From Podarcis cretensis (taxonomy: Eukaryota): DNA of 64,000 nucleotides. The number at the start of each line of letters is the position of its first letter. The first letter of the stretch is position 1. Location of the stretch: contig OX638149.1 in NCBI GenBank assembly GCA_951804945.1, forward strand, positions 106,082,001-106,146,000, written 5' to 3'. The notes beneath the pieces were generated by a model, which was not told the DNA's origin, made no database searches, and was given only the letters and a program-made list of their open reading frames with translations. The position numbers and the translations under genes are program-made. Positions 47,168 to 59,822 of the stretch are shown one piece after another.

Positions 47168-47272
47168 CTTACTCTGTAGTTTTTGCCCTCTTTTGGCCCT
47201 GTTGAAATCTGGTGTATCAAGGATAGATGTGTACTTGGTCTTTTGCTCCTTGCCTGCAGCTCTATACACAAG
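47168..47272 (-). CDS. NEB: NEB exon LVYRAAGKEQKTKYTSILDTPDFNRAKRGQKLQSK
   Basis: 105 bp, TAG/GTAAGA. Confidence 0.97.
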
Positions 47273-47659
47273 CTAGAAAGAGAAACAACAATGCACTTTC
47301 GTCTTCCATAGCCAACCTTTTCAGCACAAGTATATTAGAAAACAAAGAGAGTTAATAAGCTGACAGTGAGCAGAAGGAAGTCTGATGTGGTTGACTGACA
47401 GACTCTGTCCTTACTGCTAACTGAACTGGCATAAGCTTATCACACCCCATTGTCATTTTTATTGAAAGCAGATTATTGAAATTGCTGGATCTAACATAGC
47501 CACATCCATTACTTTCTGTGGTTCAACTCTGAGTGAATCCGAGTTGAATATCACCCAATGTGATTAGAAAACTTGACCCTCCACAAGTGCTTTATGACAG
47601 CTATTTGAAAAGTCTACAAATCGCTGCATACAAGATATTGTTTCGATAGCTTGGTGTTC

Positions 47660-47765
47660 TTGTGCGGGTTCCCCACAGGCACCTAGTTGGCCACTGTGAG
47701 AACAGGATGCTGGACTTGATGGGCCATTGGCCTGATCCAGCAGGTTCTTCTTATGTTTTTACATT
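47660..47765 (+). mobile_element. CR1-type/SINE 3' tail fragment (second copy ~32895-32972)
   Basis: GGATGCTGGACT.GATGGGCC...TCCAGC.GG..CTTCTTA.GTT shared between the two sites. Confidence 0.6.
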
Positions 47766-47884
47766 ATGAACTTGGGCCTCCCTTGACATCACTGCTGCTT
47801 CTCACTGCCCTATTCCCATCCCAGCAAGTGGCAGCGCTGCCAGTGGGTGCCTGAAGCTCCATACACACACCCTCCACCTCACAC

Positions 47885-48011
47885 AGCTCAGTCAGTAAAG
47901 CATGAGACTCTTACTCTCAGGGTTGTGGGTTCAAGCCCCATGTTGAGCAAAAGATTCTCGCATTGTAGGTGGACTAGATGGTCCTTGTGGTTCCTTCCAA
48001 CTTTGCAGTTC
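47885..48011 (+). mobile_element. tRNA-Lys-derived SINE with CR1-type tail (same family as 26928)
   Basis: AGCTCAGTCAGTAAAGCATGAGACTCTT...GGTTCAAGCCCC then CTAGATGGTCCTTGTGGTTCCTTCCAAC. Confidence 0.8.
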
Positions 48012-48266
48012 GACTGCAAATCATAATCCTCTTATTCTATATGCTGCTGCTGGCTGTAAAACTAGCTCAGCCAAAATATTCTGCATAGCATGAACCTTAA
48101 CCGTGGTCTCTTGCTAAAGAACAAAGAACTTCCATCGTGCTTCTCTTCATCTGAAAGCCTACTTTAGAGCAGCTGCCGCAGAAGCACACTTAAAACGATC
48201 CAAGCATCCCTTTAAATTCACTTTAAAATGTTTCAGTGCAGAAAGGTTAAAGAACATCAATCTTAC

Positions 48267-48377
48267 ATCACTCAAATGGGTCTTCAGCTCCTGAACGGTC
48301 CTGTACACGGGAGTGTCCAGAACCACACGATATTTATCTTGTGACTTCTTTGCAGCTTCAGTGTAGACGTAATTAGA
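48267..48377 (-). CDS. NEB: NEB exon SNYVYTEAAKKSQDKYRVVLDTPVYRTVQELKTHLSD
   Basis: 111 bp, CAG/GTAAGA. Confidence 0.96.
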
Positions 48378-49752
48378 CTGAAAAAGAAATGTGCTTGTGT
48401 CAAAAGAACATGCAGTCTCCATCAGACAAACAACAAAACTTTGAATCCTAACAAAGAAGATTAATGAAGTCACAGCCCCTTGCTATAACTCCACAAGAAT
48501 CTCTGGAATGTACAGGTTAACAGTACAATGTAAAACATCACTTTAGTTGCTTTGTAAGTGGGCCATAACATAACATCCATTCAAACACATTAGGGTGGCT
48601 TCTGTAGAAAACATTAGAGCCAAGTCACTAAACATAGAGCAACAATATCTTAAAATCTGCACCCATACATCCAGTAGCGAACCTTGGGGCCTCAAATTTC
48701 AGTGGGATGCCAAAATTCCACATGCCCCTACTTCTCACCTTCCATTCTACATAATAGCTATGGCACCCCATGCAACCATACTGATAGCTCTCCCCTAAAT
48801 CTGCCTCTGATACATCTGCTTCTCTATAGCTGTAAATGGGAGGAAGTGGGGGAGGTGTGCTATGGAAGAGATACTAATCAGCACACACATTTGAAACTGT
48901 AGCTCATGATTTGGCACACACACTGGTTCTGTTAGTCCAGTTGTACCAGCAGAAACCAACACAGGAATGTAGTTTGCAAGTGACATGTAGTTTGCAGGTG
49001 TTGGATTCACTGATTGCACACACTTGCTACTTGCAAAGGACAATATCCATGTTCAGACATCATGGCAAACCTGCTTACTATGCACAACCCAAATCAAGCC
49101 GCCTTTGCTCTTGCTCATTCCTCCTGGCTTGTGCTAGGAGATAACAAACCATAATTCCAGAGATCATTGTTTTGTTTTGTTCCAATAAAGCACAATCAGT
49201 AAGCCAAGAACAAGCCTTGGCTAGAGATCATGGTTTCTCGGGAGCAAAACAAACCATAAACCCTGGTTTGGATGTAACAGGAAGCCAGGAATTGTGGAGC
49301 AAAGCACAGCAAAGTGGGACTGATTTTGCTCATGCACAGTGTTTATGTCTTACCGTGATTCGTGAACAGAGTCAGTGATGGGGTGGCACTTTTAGCTACT
49401 AATGAACATTATGACAAAGGACTGCTGTGGGATAAAGTGACCCAACACATCTAACCAAGCATAGGGCCTCACTTCCAAGAACAATGTCCACAGCATATCT
49501 AATGACCGCACATAAACCTTGGTATGGCATTGCCTAGTCTGATCTCATGTCCAGCATAGTACAGTTCACAGTTTATAGTGGGAAAGAACCTCACTTTTAA
49601 ATATAAAAAGGCATAACTTAAATCAAATCAAACCAATCAAACAAACGACAAAAAGCAACACTTGAAAATGGCAGTGTTTCACCTCTTGATTATTTGTCAG
49701 CAAAAAATCAAGGAGTCGTCCAACAGAGATGGTCATGGAAAAAGAAACATAC

Positions 49753-49851
49753 CCAGAGCTTGCGCAAATGTCGAGCACGGACCATATCAGGGGTATCATA
49801 GAGGAAGCAGCCCAGGCCTCTCAGCCACTGCAGATCAGTTTTATATTTAAC
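49753..49851 (-). CDS. NEB: NEB exon VKYKTDLQWLRGLGCFLYDTPDMVRARHLRKLW
   Basis: 99 bp, CAG/GTATGT; super-repeat marker WLRGLG. Confidence 0.96.
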
Positions 49852-50094
49852 CTGCCAAACAATGATAAGGATGTAATACCATATCTATTACATAAATAAA
49901 CCATCATATTATGTGTTATAATCGTAATGTTTTGAATAATTATGCAATAACTAAATAGTTTTAAAAGATGGCAAAGAAAAGAGGAAAAAGAATATAGAAG
50001 GAGTGCATGAGACACACAGAGAGGGGGGGGGGGAGAAAGAAACTAAGTCAGAGTAGGAATTGAGCCACTAATGCTACTAAGTCCAAAAGCTTAC

Positions 50095-50199
50095 ATCGCT
50101 TGTAATCTCTCCAACGTAACGGTTATGTATTGTCTCCGGTGTATATGGCAAGGAAATCATGTGCCCCTGCATCTTAAAGAAGTCAGTCTTGTAGATCAG
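50095..50199 (-). CDS. NEB: NEB exon LIYKTDFFKMQGHMISLPYTPETIHNRYVGEITSD
   Basis: 105 bp, CAG/GTAAGC. Confidence 0.96.
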
Positions 50200-50317
50200 C
50201 TGAGATACAAAAACAAAGGGGGTGGGTGGAGAATTAGGGTGATTTTTTTCCCCATCACATCAGACATTACTGGAATTTGTCTATTTATTTATTTTTAAAT
50301 GTATAAGAGAGGCATAC

Positions 50318-50422
50318 ATCACTGATGGATTCCTGGTTCGTTTTCACTTGGCGAATTTCAGGCGTGTCGGGCGTGGTATGAATCTTATCCTTGTTTTTGT
50401 GATATACTTCCCTATAGAGCCT
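50318..50422 (-). CDS. NEB: NEB exon RLYREVYHKNKDKIHTTPDTPEIRQVKTNQESISD
   Basis: 105 bp, CAG/GTATGC. Confidence 0.97.
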
Positions 50423-51429
50423 CTGTAACAAAAGAGAAGGAGTTCTTGCACATGGTGCTGAAACCAATAAAACAAGACACCCTGATCTAGAATTCCATGG
50501 CCTGCCTGCCACTGCTGGGAATCCTGCAGGCAGTACTTCTGCTCACCCACGCATTCAGTTGGCAGAACATGCTGCTCTGCGCCATCAGAGTGAGGCTGGC
50601 ATTACTCCATGAATGGAGGCCGGCAGAGCTGAGTAGAGGGATATCTCAGCCCAATCCAATCCCCCAGTGCAAAAGAGGTTTGAACTGCAACAGCAATTTC
50701 TTGGGAGTAAGCCCCATTGAACTCAGTAGGACTTACTTCTGAGCAGGCATGTGATTGTGCTGCAAAGTCTGCCTTCGATAGCGAACATTTGTTTTCTTTC
50801 TTGCAAAACAACTTTCTATTTCTTTTGTTGATTCAAGTAAGTATGCTCCTTTAATTTGCACTCTGGAGCAAATTGGTTAAGTTTTTGCCTGGTTATGGGA
50901 TCTTCTCTATTCACATTGCTTGGCCAGTTTGGCCAGGCTCTAAGATTTCAATGAGAGTGACTAGAATTGCACATTGGACACTGACCACCTGTAACAAGGC
51001 AGGAGCCTGGAAATATACTGACCTCAGTAGGGAGAATACAACTACTATAAGTCTGTATCTCTTTCCACCCAGGCCCAGGTAGTGAATCAGGAAAGTTGGA
51101 GCAGCATTGCCCATGAAGAAGGAACCAAAGAGTGCTTCACACTTGATCTCATGGGATCAGTGTAAGTGTGCCCCTTTCATTTCATACCCCAATAACAAAC
51201 ATTTATAATAAGGGGAGAGTCATCTTTCAAACTATATTTACATTTAAGTCATTAACTATAAAAAAACTTACATACTTTTGAAGACATTTTACAGAACATG
51301 TGGTCCTGAGTGTCTGACAAAAATCATACCACGGTTTTATAATGAGTTGCATAAGATTCCAACAGTGATCTTATTTATTTATTTTTGCATCATCAAGTAC
51401 CATAAATACTTAAATACTATTCACATTAC

Positions 51430-51537
51430 CTCGTTGAGAATTTTGTTGACTTTCCTTATGTTTACAAATGGAACAGCTTTGGGTCCAAAATTGTAACCTT
51501 TATCCTTGATGTGTTCATAGACTTCCTTGTATTTCAG
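51430..51537 (-). CDS. NEB: NEB exon LKYKEVYEHIKDKGYNFGPKAVPFVNIRKVNKILNE
   Basis: 108 bp, CAG/GTAATG. Confidence 0.96.
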
Positions 51538-51883
51538 CTGAAATCATACAAAAAAAAATTCAGGAAGATATGTATTTTAGACACAATAGCTATTTATAAT
51601 AGAACCTAAAAACTTTTAAGGTATCTAGGATTGTAGTTAAGCCCTCCTGCCCATCGCCCGATACCTCCCCATTCCCTTTCCTTGCCTTATTAATACCCCC
51701 AAGATCCTATGGTTTGGTTGCATTTTCCCATTTCTATAAAATAATATAAGATTTATATGGTCATGTTTTCAATAAGTATAATATTGCAACCACAATTTTT
51801 GTAACTGATCACGTATCTATTTATTCATGCAACTATATTTATTTGGAACAGTAGTATGAGTTAAAAAATAATCCACCACTCAC

Positions 51884-51991
51884 ATAACTGCCAAGGTATT
51901 GGGCATGTTTAGCATGCTTGAAACCAGGGGTATCTGGTGGGAGTTTGTATCCAGTGGGAAGTGCATGCCAGCCAGCTTTTCGGTAGAGACC
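51884..51991 (-). CDS. NEB: NEB exon GLYRKAGWHALPTGYKLPPDTPGFKHAKHAQYLGSY
   Basis: 108 bp, CAG/GTGAGT. Confidence 0.96.
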
Positions 51992-52319
51992 CTGCCAAAG
52001 AAAAGAAAATTCATGACAATGTTTAAATACTGATTTTGCAATGAAGTGCAACACTATGAATACATTCACACTCAATTAGGTATTGAGCATTCATTCTCAT
52101 TTGCTTGGGGGTGGTTATATGATATTGTGTCAAGCGGTGGCTATCCCATACTTCCTGTTGCTTTCCTTTCCACAAAAAGTCTAGGGTTGTTGTTGTTGTT
52201 TTAATGGATTTGTTGCACAAGAACACCAATAATTGCTCAACTTGAATTTTCGAGTATGCACTTGAACCCCACTCACAAAGCAGGAAAAATCTGGGGGTAG
52301 CTCCAGCTCCAGCACTTAC

Positions 52320-52427
52320 TTCATTCTGTATCCTGTAAGCATGAGTTGCCCGCTCCAAATCCACCGTCTTATCTGTTGGAGTGTATTTCCCTTTGACATT
52401 GTGCACATAGTCATGGCGGTAAACGGC
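52320..52427 (-). CDS. NEB: NEB exon AVYRHDYVHNVKGKYTPTDKTVDLERATHAYRIQNE
   Basis: 108 bp, TAG/GTAAGT. Confidence 0.96.
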
Positions 52428-53037
52428 CTAAGGAATATAGAAAATGTAAAACTGATGCTGAGTGATACAGCAAAAGCTTATGTGCTGAATATGAGCTGGG
52501 CATACATCTGGAGAAAGCAAAGTATCAGTAGTAACAGTAACAGTAACAGTAATTTGTACCCTGCCCATCTGACTGGGTTGCCCCAGCCACTCTGGGCAGC
52601 TTCCAGCATATATAAGACCATAATAAAACATTATACATTAAAAACTTGAATGCTGGGGTAGAGGTAATGCACCATCCAACCACAGGGGTATTGTGGGGAT
52701 TAAAGGAGGAAAAGTGAGAGCCAAGTACACTTTGAGTTCCTCAGAGAAAAAGGTGAGCCACCAATGCAATAAATAACTAAATAATAGAACCACAAGTAAA
52801 ATAGGAATCAGCGTACAACTGTAAACTGGATCTGGTGATTAAAGTGGGGGGGGGATGGCTATGAATGCTGACTGAATCTCTGAACAGGATACACAGCCTA
52901 CTAACTAATTGGCTGGTTTGATGTGCATTACTAAGGCACTGCTACTATTGTTAATGAGAGCGTAATTGAAATGTGGGGGAGGGGGGAGGAACAACTATTA
53001 CAATGAAGCTGCGGTGAACAGAAATGGAGATCCTTAC

Positions 53038-53142
53038 CTCACTCAGATTCATGGCACTCTGGACATTCTGAACATAGAGAGGTGTGTCGGTGACCACGGT
53101 GTAGTTGCTCTCCATTTTCTTGGCCTTTGACTTGTATTTCAA
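53038..53142 (-). CDS. NEB: NEB exon LKYKSKAKKMESNYTVVTDTPLYVQNVQSAMNLSE
   Basis: 105 bp, TAG/GTAAGG. Confidence 0.96.
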
Positions 53143-53930
53143 CTACGAAAAAGAGAGAGAAAGCACCTGAACCTTCCCTTTCTCATTCCCACCACTGACT
53201 TTGCCAAATGTCCCACCCATTCGGCAACTTTTCTTAAGGCACTCCAACCAACCACTCCTCAAATATGCCAGATATACCTGGCAGCTGCCCTGAAATAAGA
53301 GCCTCTCCTCCAACTTCCCAAGAAGCTGAAGTAAAACTCCAAGAAGAGAGGAAGAAGCAATAATAATAATAACAACAACAATAAGGCGGCTGCCACATTG
53401 TTTCAGTCTTGCCTTATCATCATCATCATCAAACCTTTTATTGGCACCACATACAAACATCCAAAACAAATCAATACAGAATTACCACTTCCCCAGCGGC
53501 ACAAAACATTATCAGCTGACTATTGTATCCTGCGTTCAGTTAATTAGCAATTTTTTAAAAAAATATCAAAGGAAGTTGAAGAGAGGGGAAAGGAGATGTG
53601 TGTATTCCTAACTCACCTGAATTCAGAGGAGATAATTAAGTTTATTGTTAAAGCAGCGGTGCTTTTATAGTAGGGAAACCACAGCAAAAAAATATAAAAC
53701 AGAAACAAATAGCAGACTGTTGTATCATGTATGTTTTACTGAGTGGCAAAAGCGTGCAAGGCTGACTGACAAAAGTGCAGTCCAATATAAAATACGTGAA
53801 GCAGACAGCAGTCAGTTTTCAATTCAACCTACTAACCATGCCCCGAAAGAGCTGTAAGAGGAGCTTGAAGGAGAGCTAGCAAGGAGGAAGCTTCAGAACA
53901 AAGCCATTTGCTATCGTCAGTTGTACTCAC

Positions 53931-54035
53931 GTCATTACGAAGGTCATAGGCATGTTTGGCATGGAGAATTTCAGGGGTGTCCCAGACAAAGCAACCTATG
54001 CCTTTGAGCCAGTTGAGGTCATCTTTGTACACAAT
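53931..54035 (-). CDS. NEB: NEB exon IVYKDDLNWLKGIGCFVWDTPEILHAKHAYDLRND
   Basis: 105 bp, TAG/GTGAGT; WLKGIG marker. Confidence 0.97.
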
Positions 54036-54633
54036 CTAAGATATTGGATTAAAAATAGAGAAGAGTGAGAATTTCATAGCAAAACATAGCAAACATTCAT
54101 TACACACAAATTAAGTAATTTAATCGTGATTGAAACTTTGCTACATAATGGAAACCAGCTTAGAGCGTTAGCATTCGTTTCCATTGGCTGCCATTATGTT
54201 GTTCAGTTTTCTAAGTACTCCTTTCTTCAGCAACCCGTTGTTTCCTCAGATTCCTGCTTTTCAGCCAGTTCCTATTTAGTCCTAGTAATACAACTTGCAT
54301 TATGGTCAGTTTGATTCAAATGTCTGTCTGTCTGCACACAGATAGCAGGCGCATGAAAAACTGAAAACGTTTGCTGCAAAAACTTCCAGATTGAAACCCT
54401 GAAAGGTTCTCTGTTCATTAAAAGCCTAATTAATTGTCCCTTTGAAGGCAAGCATCTCCTGCATCCACCAAACAGCAATCAAAGGGGGGGGGGACTGACG
54501 CCCGTCGACAAACAATGAACACAGCCTGTAAGCTTATAGATGTAGTTTGGCACACCATTAATGCTCCTTTTCCTGTCATGTGCAAATATAATAGTTTTTC
54601 CAAAGGCAGACCTGGTATCATTTGCAGACTTAC

Positions 54634-54831
54634 ATCACTCAGCTGGTCGTTGACTTTCCGAGCAAGAGCATTGGCATGAAGATCTGGGATGTTGGCCCAT
54701 TCATGGAGACGGATGCGATAATCGATTTCACTGACTTTCTTCTGAGTGCTCTTAGCTGACACTATGTCCACCATGTCTGGTGCAATATGGATTTTGGCCT
54801 TGTTCTTTTCATAGCCTTCTCTATATAAGCG
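54634..54831 (-). CDS. NEB: NEB two-module exon RLYREGYEKNKAKIHIAPDMVDIVSAKSTQKKVSEIDYRIRLHEWANIPDLHANALARKVNDQLSD
   Basis: 198 bp, TAG/GTAAGT. Confidence 0.97.
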
Positions 54832-56091
54832 CTAGGGTAAAATAGAATTATTATTATTACTACTACTGCTACTACAATTATTATTTCTTCTTACCCACCC
54901 TTTATCCTAAGGTCCCACAGCAGGTTACAACCACTTAAAATTATATATTAAAAACAGTCTAAAACAAATACAATACCAGGAGTTAGCTAACAACTAACAA
55001 ACAATTCATGAAGTCATATCTGAGTAGGCCAGAATATTAGCTTCCAGTATTATTTTTATAATAATAATGGGAAGCTTCTAATAATGGGGGGAAATATAAA
55101 TAAGATATTAAACCATGCGAAGAGTGACAATCTGGCACAAGCATGACATCATAGGAAACTACAACTCTAAGAGGGGAAACAGCAGAGTGGAGTGCCTGCT
55201 TGACCCTTTTGGTTCCAGCTATTCTTCTGCTCAGAATCCCAGGCTTTTCCATCCGTAAGAATGGGGAAACCAACCCATAATGAAATCCAATGGCACCTGC
55301 CTTCTTTTAGAACAGATACCACTAATAGAATAGATTTTTCCTCCCACCTGCAGCTCTCCATGTGCCTTCAAAACCTGCTCTGGAGGGTTGGGAGAATGTC
55401 CGGAGCAGATTTAGAGCTTGGGATGGACTGCAAGGCAGGAGTTGGGAAGAAAAATTGGCATTGATGTCACACTATGGAACTCTGTGTACCTGTACATTTA
55501 GTTTGGCCCTTAGTGATCTACATGCACTTGTGTGAATGAAGGTGACCTATATCAACATATTGTTATAGCTCCTGGGTAAATCACCCTTTGTTAAGCTGAT
55601 TATCTGATACCTGCAATGATCAGCTGACATTCCCTGAATGGGTACAGCTTATGAATTGAAATTACTTTTCCCAACCCATCACCAAGTAGAGGGGCAGAAA
55701 ACTATGGTGTTGCAGTTTGAGCAGTTAAGAGAGACAGAGAGTTGGAAGTTCTTCTGCTGAACTACGCCTGAGCAAGAAGCAGCCTGCAGGAGGCTACAGA
55801 AATCTGAGCAGTTGCTGTCTTTGTGAATCTGATGCATGACTCGTGGTTGTGCTGACCACTATGGCAGTCTATTGCTTCCAATAAGTTCTCCTCTGGGCAC
55901 AATAATTCTCCAGCGTGCTCTCTTCCAATGAACACTAAATCCTGTAGCACTCCCATCTCTTGGGGAAGTGAGGGGTGCTAAATAACATAACCTTTCAGTA
56001 TCTAAAACCAGCTATTAATGGAAATAATCTGATTTTAAAAGTGTAAGACGGCACTTTTCTTATTAGATGTTATATCAGAAATAAACCTTAC

Positions 56092-56205
56092 ATCAATATT
56101 CAGCTTGCCAACCCTTAGGCATCTGGCAGTGTTGGGATCATCCTGAACCCCTCTGGGTAGAGTGTAAAGCGCTTTAAACCGATCATACTCCTCTCGATAC
56201 TTTAC
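56092..56205 (-). CDS. NEB: NEB exon VKYREEYDRFKALYTLPRGVQDDPNTARCLRVGKLNID
   Basis: 114 bp, TAG/GTAAGG. Confidence 0.96.
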
Positions 56206-56298
56206 CTATGCGGAAAAAGAAAATGGAAATCCAACTTACTTAGAATGATACATCATTCGTACGACATCTTTAGGAATGTGTTGCTTGGGTACACTTAC

Positions 56299-56406
56299 AA
56301 TACTGGCATTGTGCTTCAGTTCTTTGGCACGGACAAATGGCACAGCATCGGGAGGCAATGTGAAACCAGTGGCCTTCACTTTATCCCAGGCGTCCTTGTA
56401 CAGATT
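56299..56406 (-). CDS. NEB: NEB exon NLYKDAWDKVKATGFTLPPDAVPFVRAKELKHNASI
   Basis: 108 bp, CAG/GTAAGT. Confidence 0.96.
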
Positions 56407-57465
56407 CTGTAGAGGCGAGAATCAAAGCACTGTGGTCTATATATGCTACTATACACTAAGGCCTTGTCTACACTGGAGCACCTGCCTGTCTCCCCATTAA
56501 TGTAGGTGTGTCTACAGGACGTCCTCCCCATCAAAGTGTTCTCCTGTCCTCTTCTTTAAATGTGGGGCCTTCTGCTCCTGGGAAACGTTGAAATCCAAGG
56601 ATTAAAAATCCCACATTTAAAGGGGGGGGATTGTTGGGATGCTGAAGATGTCATGTAGATGCCCTTATTATTAACGGGGACAGGAAGGTGCAAATCCATA
56701 TTTACCTCTGGTGTAGACACGCCCAAATATTTTGAGCTGCCTTAGAGTCATCTTCTATGAAGCCCCAAAGCAGTAAGAACCATGAGTAAGAACCAAATAT
56801 TAAGACACCTTTTCACATTTTCTGCCTTTTAAAGCAGAAAGGCCTAGAGCTACACATTCTTTCACATAGTCAGGGAAGGAAACAATTGCTTAAATCCACA
56901 CAAACAAAATGGATACTAAAAATCATGGCCTTCCACACCCCAACTTAGAAAAGGCAACCCAAAAGGAAAGAAATTTCAACACTAAACGTCAAGCTCAGGT
57001 TTGATCTGTCATCCTTCAGGATCGGGAAATTCCATAATTTTTGGAGCAGGGCTGAAAAACTTCAGTTTCTCCTAAGTGTATTGTGATTAGCCACAGGTGG
57101 CAATTTCAAGAGGCATACCAGATTGTAGGGATGTAAACCCAGGTATGCTAGCCCCGAGTCATGCTGTGTTCCAATGTCCGGTGAAAACATTCCCCTTTTG
57201 CTGGGTCCTCAGACAGCAGTAGCAATATGCTGTTAATCAGAGACCTGTGTACTGTGAATTTTAATTGAAATAGTTCTAATCTGTGTACAGCACTCTGCAT
57301 TATTGCTCCGTACTTTGGGTTAAGCCTCCCTGACACCATGTGAAGGGAAGAAATAAATATTGGCTAGCATACCCAGGTACTTATAGCTAAAAGAATTCCA
57401 AGATAAACCACCACCCAAAAACAGCCCATCTCATTAGCCCCTGAAAATAAAGTTTAAACACTCAC

Positions 57466-57570
57466 ACTACTGAAAAGGTGCTTGAGGTTCTGAATCCTAT
57501 CATGATCAACTGTTTCCAAAACTGTGGTATATTGGTCCTTCATTTTATGGTATTGTTCTTTGTATTTCAC
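57466..57570 (-). CDS. NEB: NEB exon VKYKEQYHKMKDQYTTVLETVDHDRIQNLKHLFSS
   Basis: 105 bp, TAG/GTGAGT. Confidence 0.96.
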
Positions 57571-57672
57571 CTATAATCAAAGGCAGATTCAGTCATTACT
57601 GTAGTTCCCTTTACAATTCAAGGGAAGGGAAGAAAATGAACCAGGGCAAAGGAAAGGAGGAGAATGACTCAC

Positions 57673-57777
57673 GTCACTAGCATTGATGCCACTCTCAATA
57701 GCAGTTACATAAACTGGAGTATCCATAACCACACCGTAGTTCTGTAAATTGTCTTTTCCTGCTTTTGTGTAGAGCAA
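57673..57777 (-). CDS. NEB: NEB exon LLYTKAGKDNLQNYGVVMDTPVYVTAIESGINASD
   Basis: 105 bp, CAG/GTGAGT. Confidence 0.96.
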
Positions 57778-58364
57778 CTGTGAAACCAAGGCAAAAAGAA
57801 GGCATTAGGACAGAGAACAGCTACACTGGATTATTTAGCAACTCTAAGCACACTGTGTAGCAATAGGATTCCTTCTTTGGTTTCTTTGAAGTCCCTTTGG
57901 CAGGTATGGGGAATAAATCACCTTAATATAGCATAGTGCTACTAATCAGATGTGGTTTTTTAAAATGTTAGTTAGTGCACTTAGCACTTTCAAGGAAGCT
58001 AACGGCTGTTTTAAGTACAGTGGCTTGCTTTATTCTCTGGAAGGAAAGATGGCCGCTGTCATATTTTAATGAATTTATGCCTGCATTTATCCACAAGTGG
58101 GAAATTCCAACAATTCTAAGGATTTGTCTTATACTGAGTCAGGATCATTTGGTTAAGTACTGTCTATGACTCTGATTGAAAAGAGCTCTCTGAGGCCTGA
58201 GGCAGGCATCTTTCCTAATCCTGCTACCCAATATTCTTTAGCACCTCTATGAATGGGAAATGGTGCAAACCCCAAACTGATCAAATAAGGAAACCTTATA
58301 GAGAGACATGGTTCCCAGTTCCAGCACCACCACCACCATCCCCAAGCGAGATCCATTTGCTTAC

Positions 58365-58469
58365 TTGACTCTGAAGATCATAAGACTTCTTAGCGTGCAG
58401 GATTTGAGGTGTGTCCCACACATAGCATCCAATTCCCTTCAGCCATGTTAAGTCATCCTTGTACACAAC
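58365..58469 (-). CDS. NEB: NEB exon VVYKDDLTWLKGIGCYVWDTPQILHAKKSYDLQSQ
   Basis: 105 bp, CAG/GTAAGC; WLKGIG marker. Confidence 0.97.
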
Positions 58470-59182
58470 CTGCACATGACAGTAGTGGGGGGGGGGAATG
58501 CAATGAACTCATTATACATTGTTTCAAACATCTCCAGTCATACTAATGTTTTGGTCCAGTGTAGAAAAGTGAGGAGTGGAAGTGATATAAGAGATTTACA
58601 TGTATTCTGGGGCTGCCTGCATGGGTTCCAGATGACTTCTACCATTCCCACTTTGAGAATTCTCTTAGAATAACAGTTAGTATTTCTATAAAGCTATAGA
58701 GTTCTTCCAGCATGTTACATACATCATCTAAGACTGCTGTTCAAACCTGCCGCTGCAGAGCAACCACTGCAGCTGCACCCAAGCCATTCACGGTGGTGGC
58801 AGAAGGTGGAGCAAGCAGATCCGGACTCATTCCTGTACCAGCTTCAGGCTGCCATAGCAAATGGACCTGGAACATGCCTGATGTGAGAGCAACTCAGGAT
58901 CCAGCAAATCCTGGGCCAGTTCAGTACACTGAGACGGTATTTGGCCATAATGGTCACCTATCCCTCATCAAATTGTCCATTGGGCTGAGATAGGAGGAAT
59001 GATTTGCCCAATGCCTTCCTATGACTTTATGGGTCCAGCAAGATTTGGGTTGGATGCTTCTTCTTCACGAACCACACTACCCCAATTTGTAAAGCAAAAG
59101 AGCAAGCTACTCACAACACCACCTTTTCCTGCTTCTCTATAGCAAATGAAATGGTTCTCAATTTGATCGGGTAAATACATAC

Positions 59183-59380
59183 GTCGCTTAGAATTTCCTG
59201 GGCTCTTTTAGCCATAATAACATCGTGCTCCTCAGGTGAACAGTTCCACTGATGGAGGTAAGTTCGGTATTCAAGGTCACTAAGGATGTACTGGCATTTC
59301 TTAGCCAACACGTGGTTTATCATGTCACTTGGGATATGAATGTGTGCCTTGGTGTCCTCATAATTCTTCCTGTAGGCCAG
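59183..59380 (-). CDS. NEB: NEB two-module exon LAYRKNYEDTKAHIHIPSDMINHVLAKKCQYILSDLEYRTYLHQWNCSPEEHDVIMAKRAQEILSD
   Basis: 198 bp, TAG/GTATGT. Confidence 0.97.
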
Positions 59381-59457
59381 CTAGAAATCAGGAGATTAAG
59401 ATGGAAAATATATGTTTGTTTTTTCACATTATTCAGACTCAAGGAAGAGCCCCACCC

Positions 59458-59490
<33 letters not shown>
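59458..59490. repeat. (AAC)n microsatellite in a 119-bp intron
   Basis: Perfect run ending 9 bp from the donor site. Confidence 0.95.
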
Positions 59491-59491
<1 letters not shown>

Positions 59492-59499
59492 CTACTTAC

Positions 59500-59613
59500 C
59501 GCACTCCTTATTTTTTGGAAAGCAAGAGAATGGACAACACTTGGGAAATCATTTATTTGTGTCCCAGCCAGATAATGGCCCTTCTGCTTCTCATACCCTT
59601 CTTTATATTTGAG
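59500..59613 (-). CDS. NEB: NEB exon LKYKEGYEKQKGHYLAGTQINDFPSVVHSLAFQKIRSA
   Basis: 114 bp, CAG/GTAAGT. Confidence 0.96.
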
Positions 59614-59714
59614 CTGTGAAGTGCAAACATGGGACACGTTAGATAAGACACATAGCAGCCCCACAAGCAAACAGTGGCAAAGTAGTTAACGAGGGAAAGA
59701 AGGGTCACACTTAC

Positions 59715-59822
59715 CTCGCTGTTAATGTAATCGGCATGTTTGGCACCGACAATAGGGATGTAGTCTGGAGGCAGAGTGTACCCAATGGCCTTGGTGGATT
59801 CCCATGAATCCTTGTACAGGTT
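59715..59822 (-). CDS. NEB: NEB exon NLYKDSWESTKAIGYTLPPDYIPIVGAKHADYINSE
   Basis: 108 bp, TAG/GTAAGT. Confidence 0.96.

Noticed and set aside
59252-59670. ORFs with poly-Q, poly-N, poly-T and poly-V tracts
   Set aside because: Translations of an intronic (AAC)n microsatellite.
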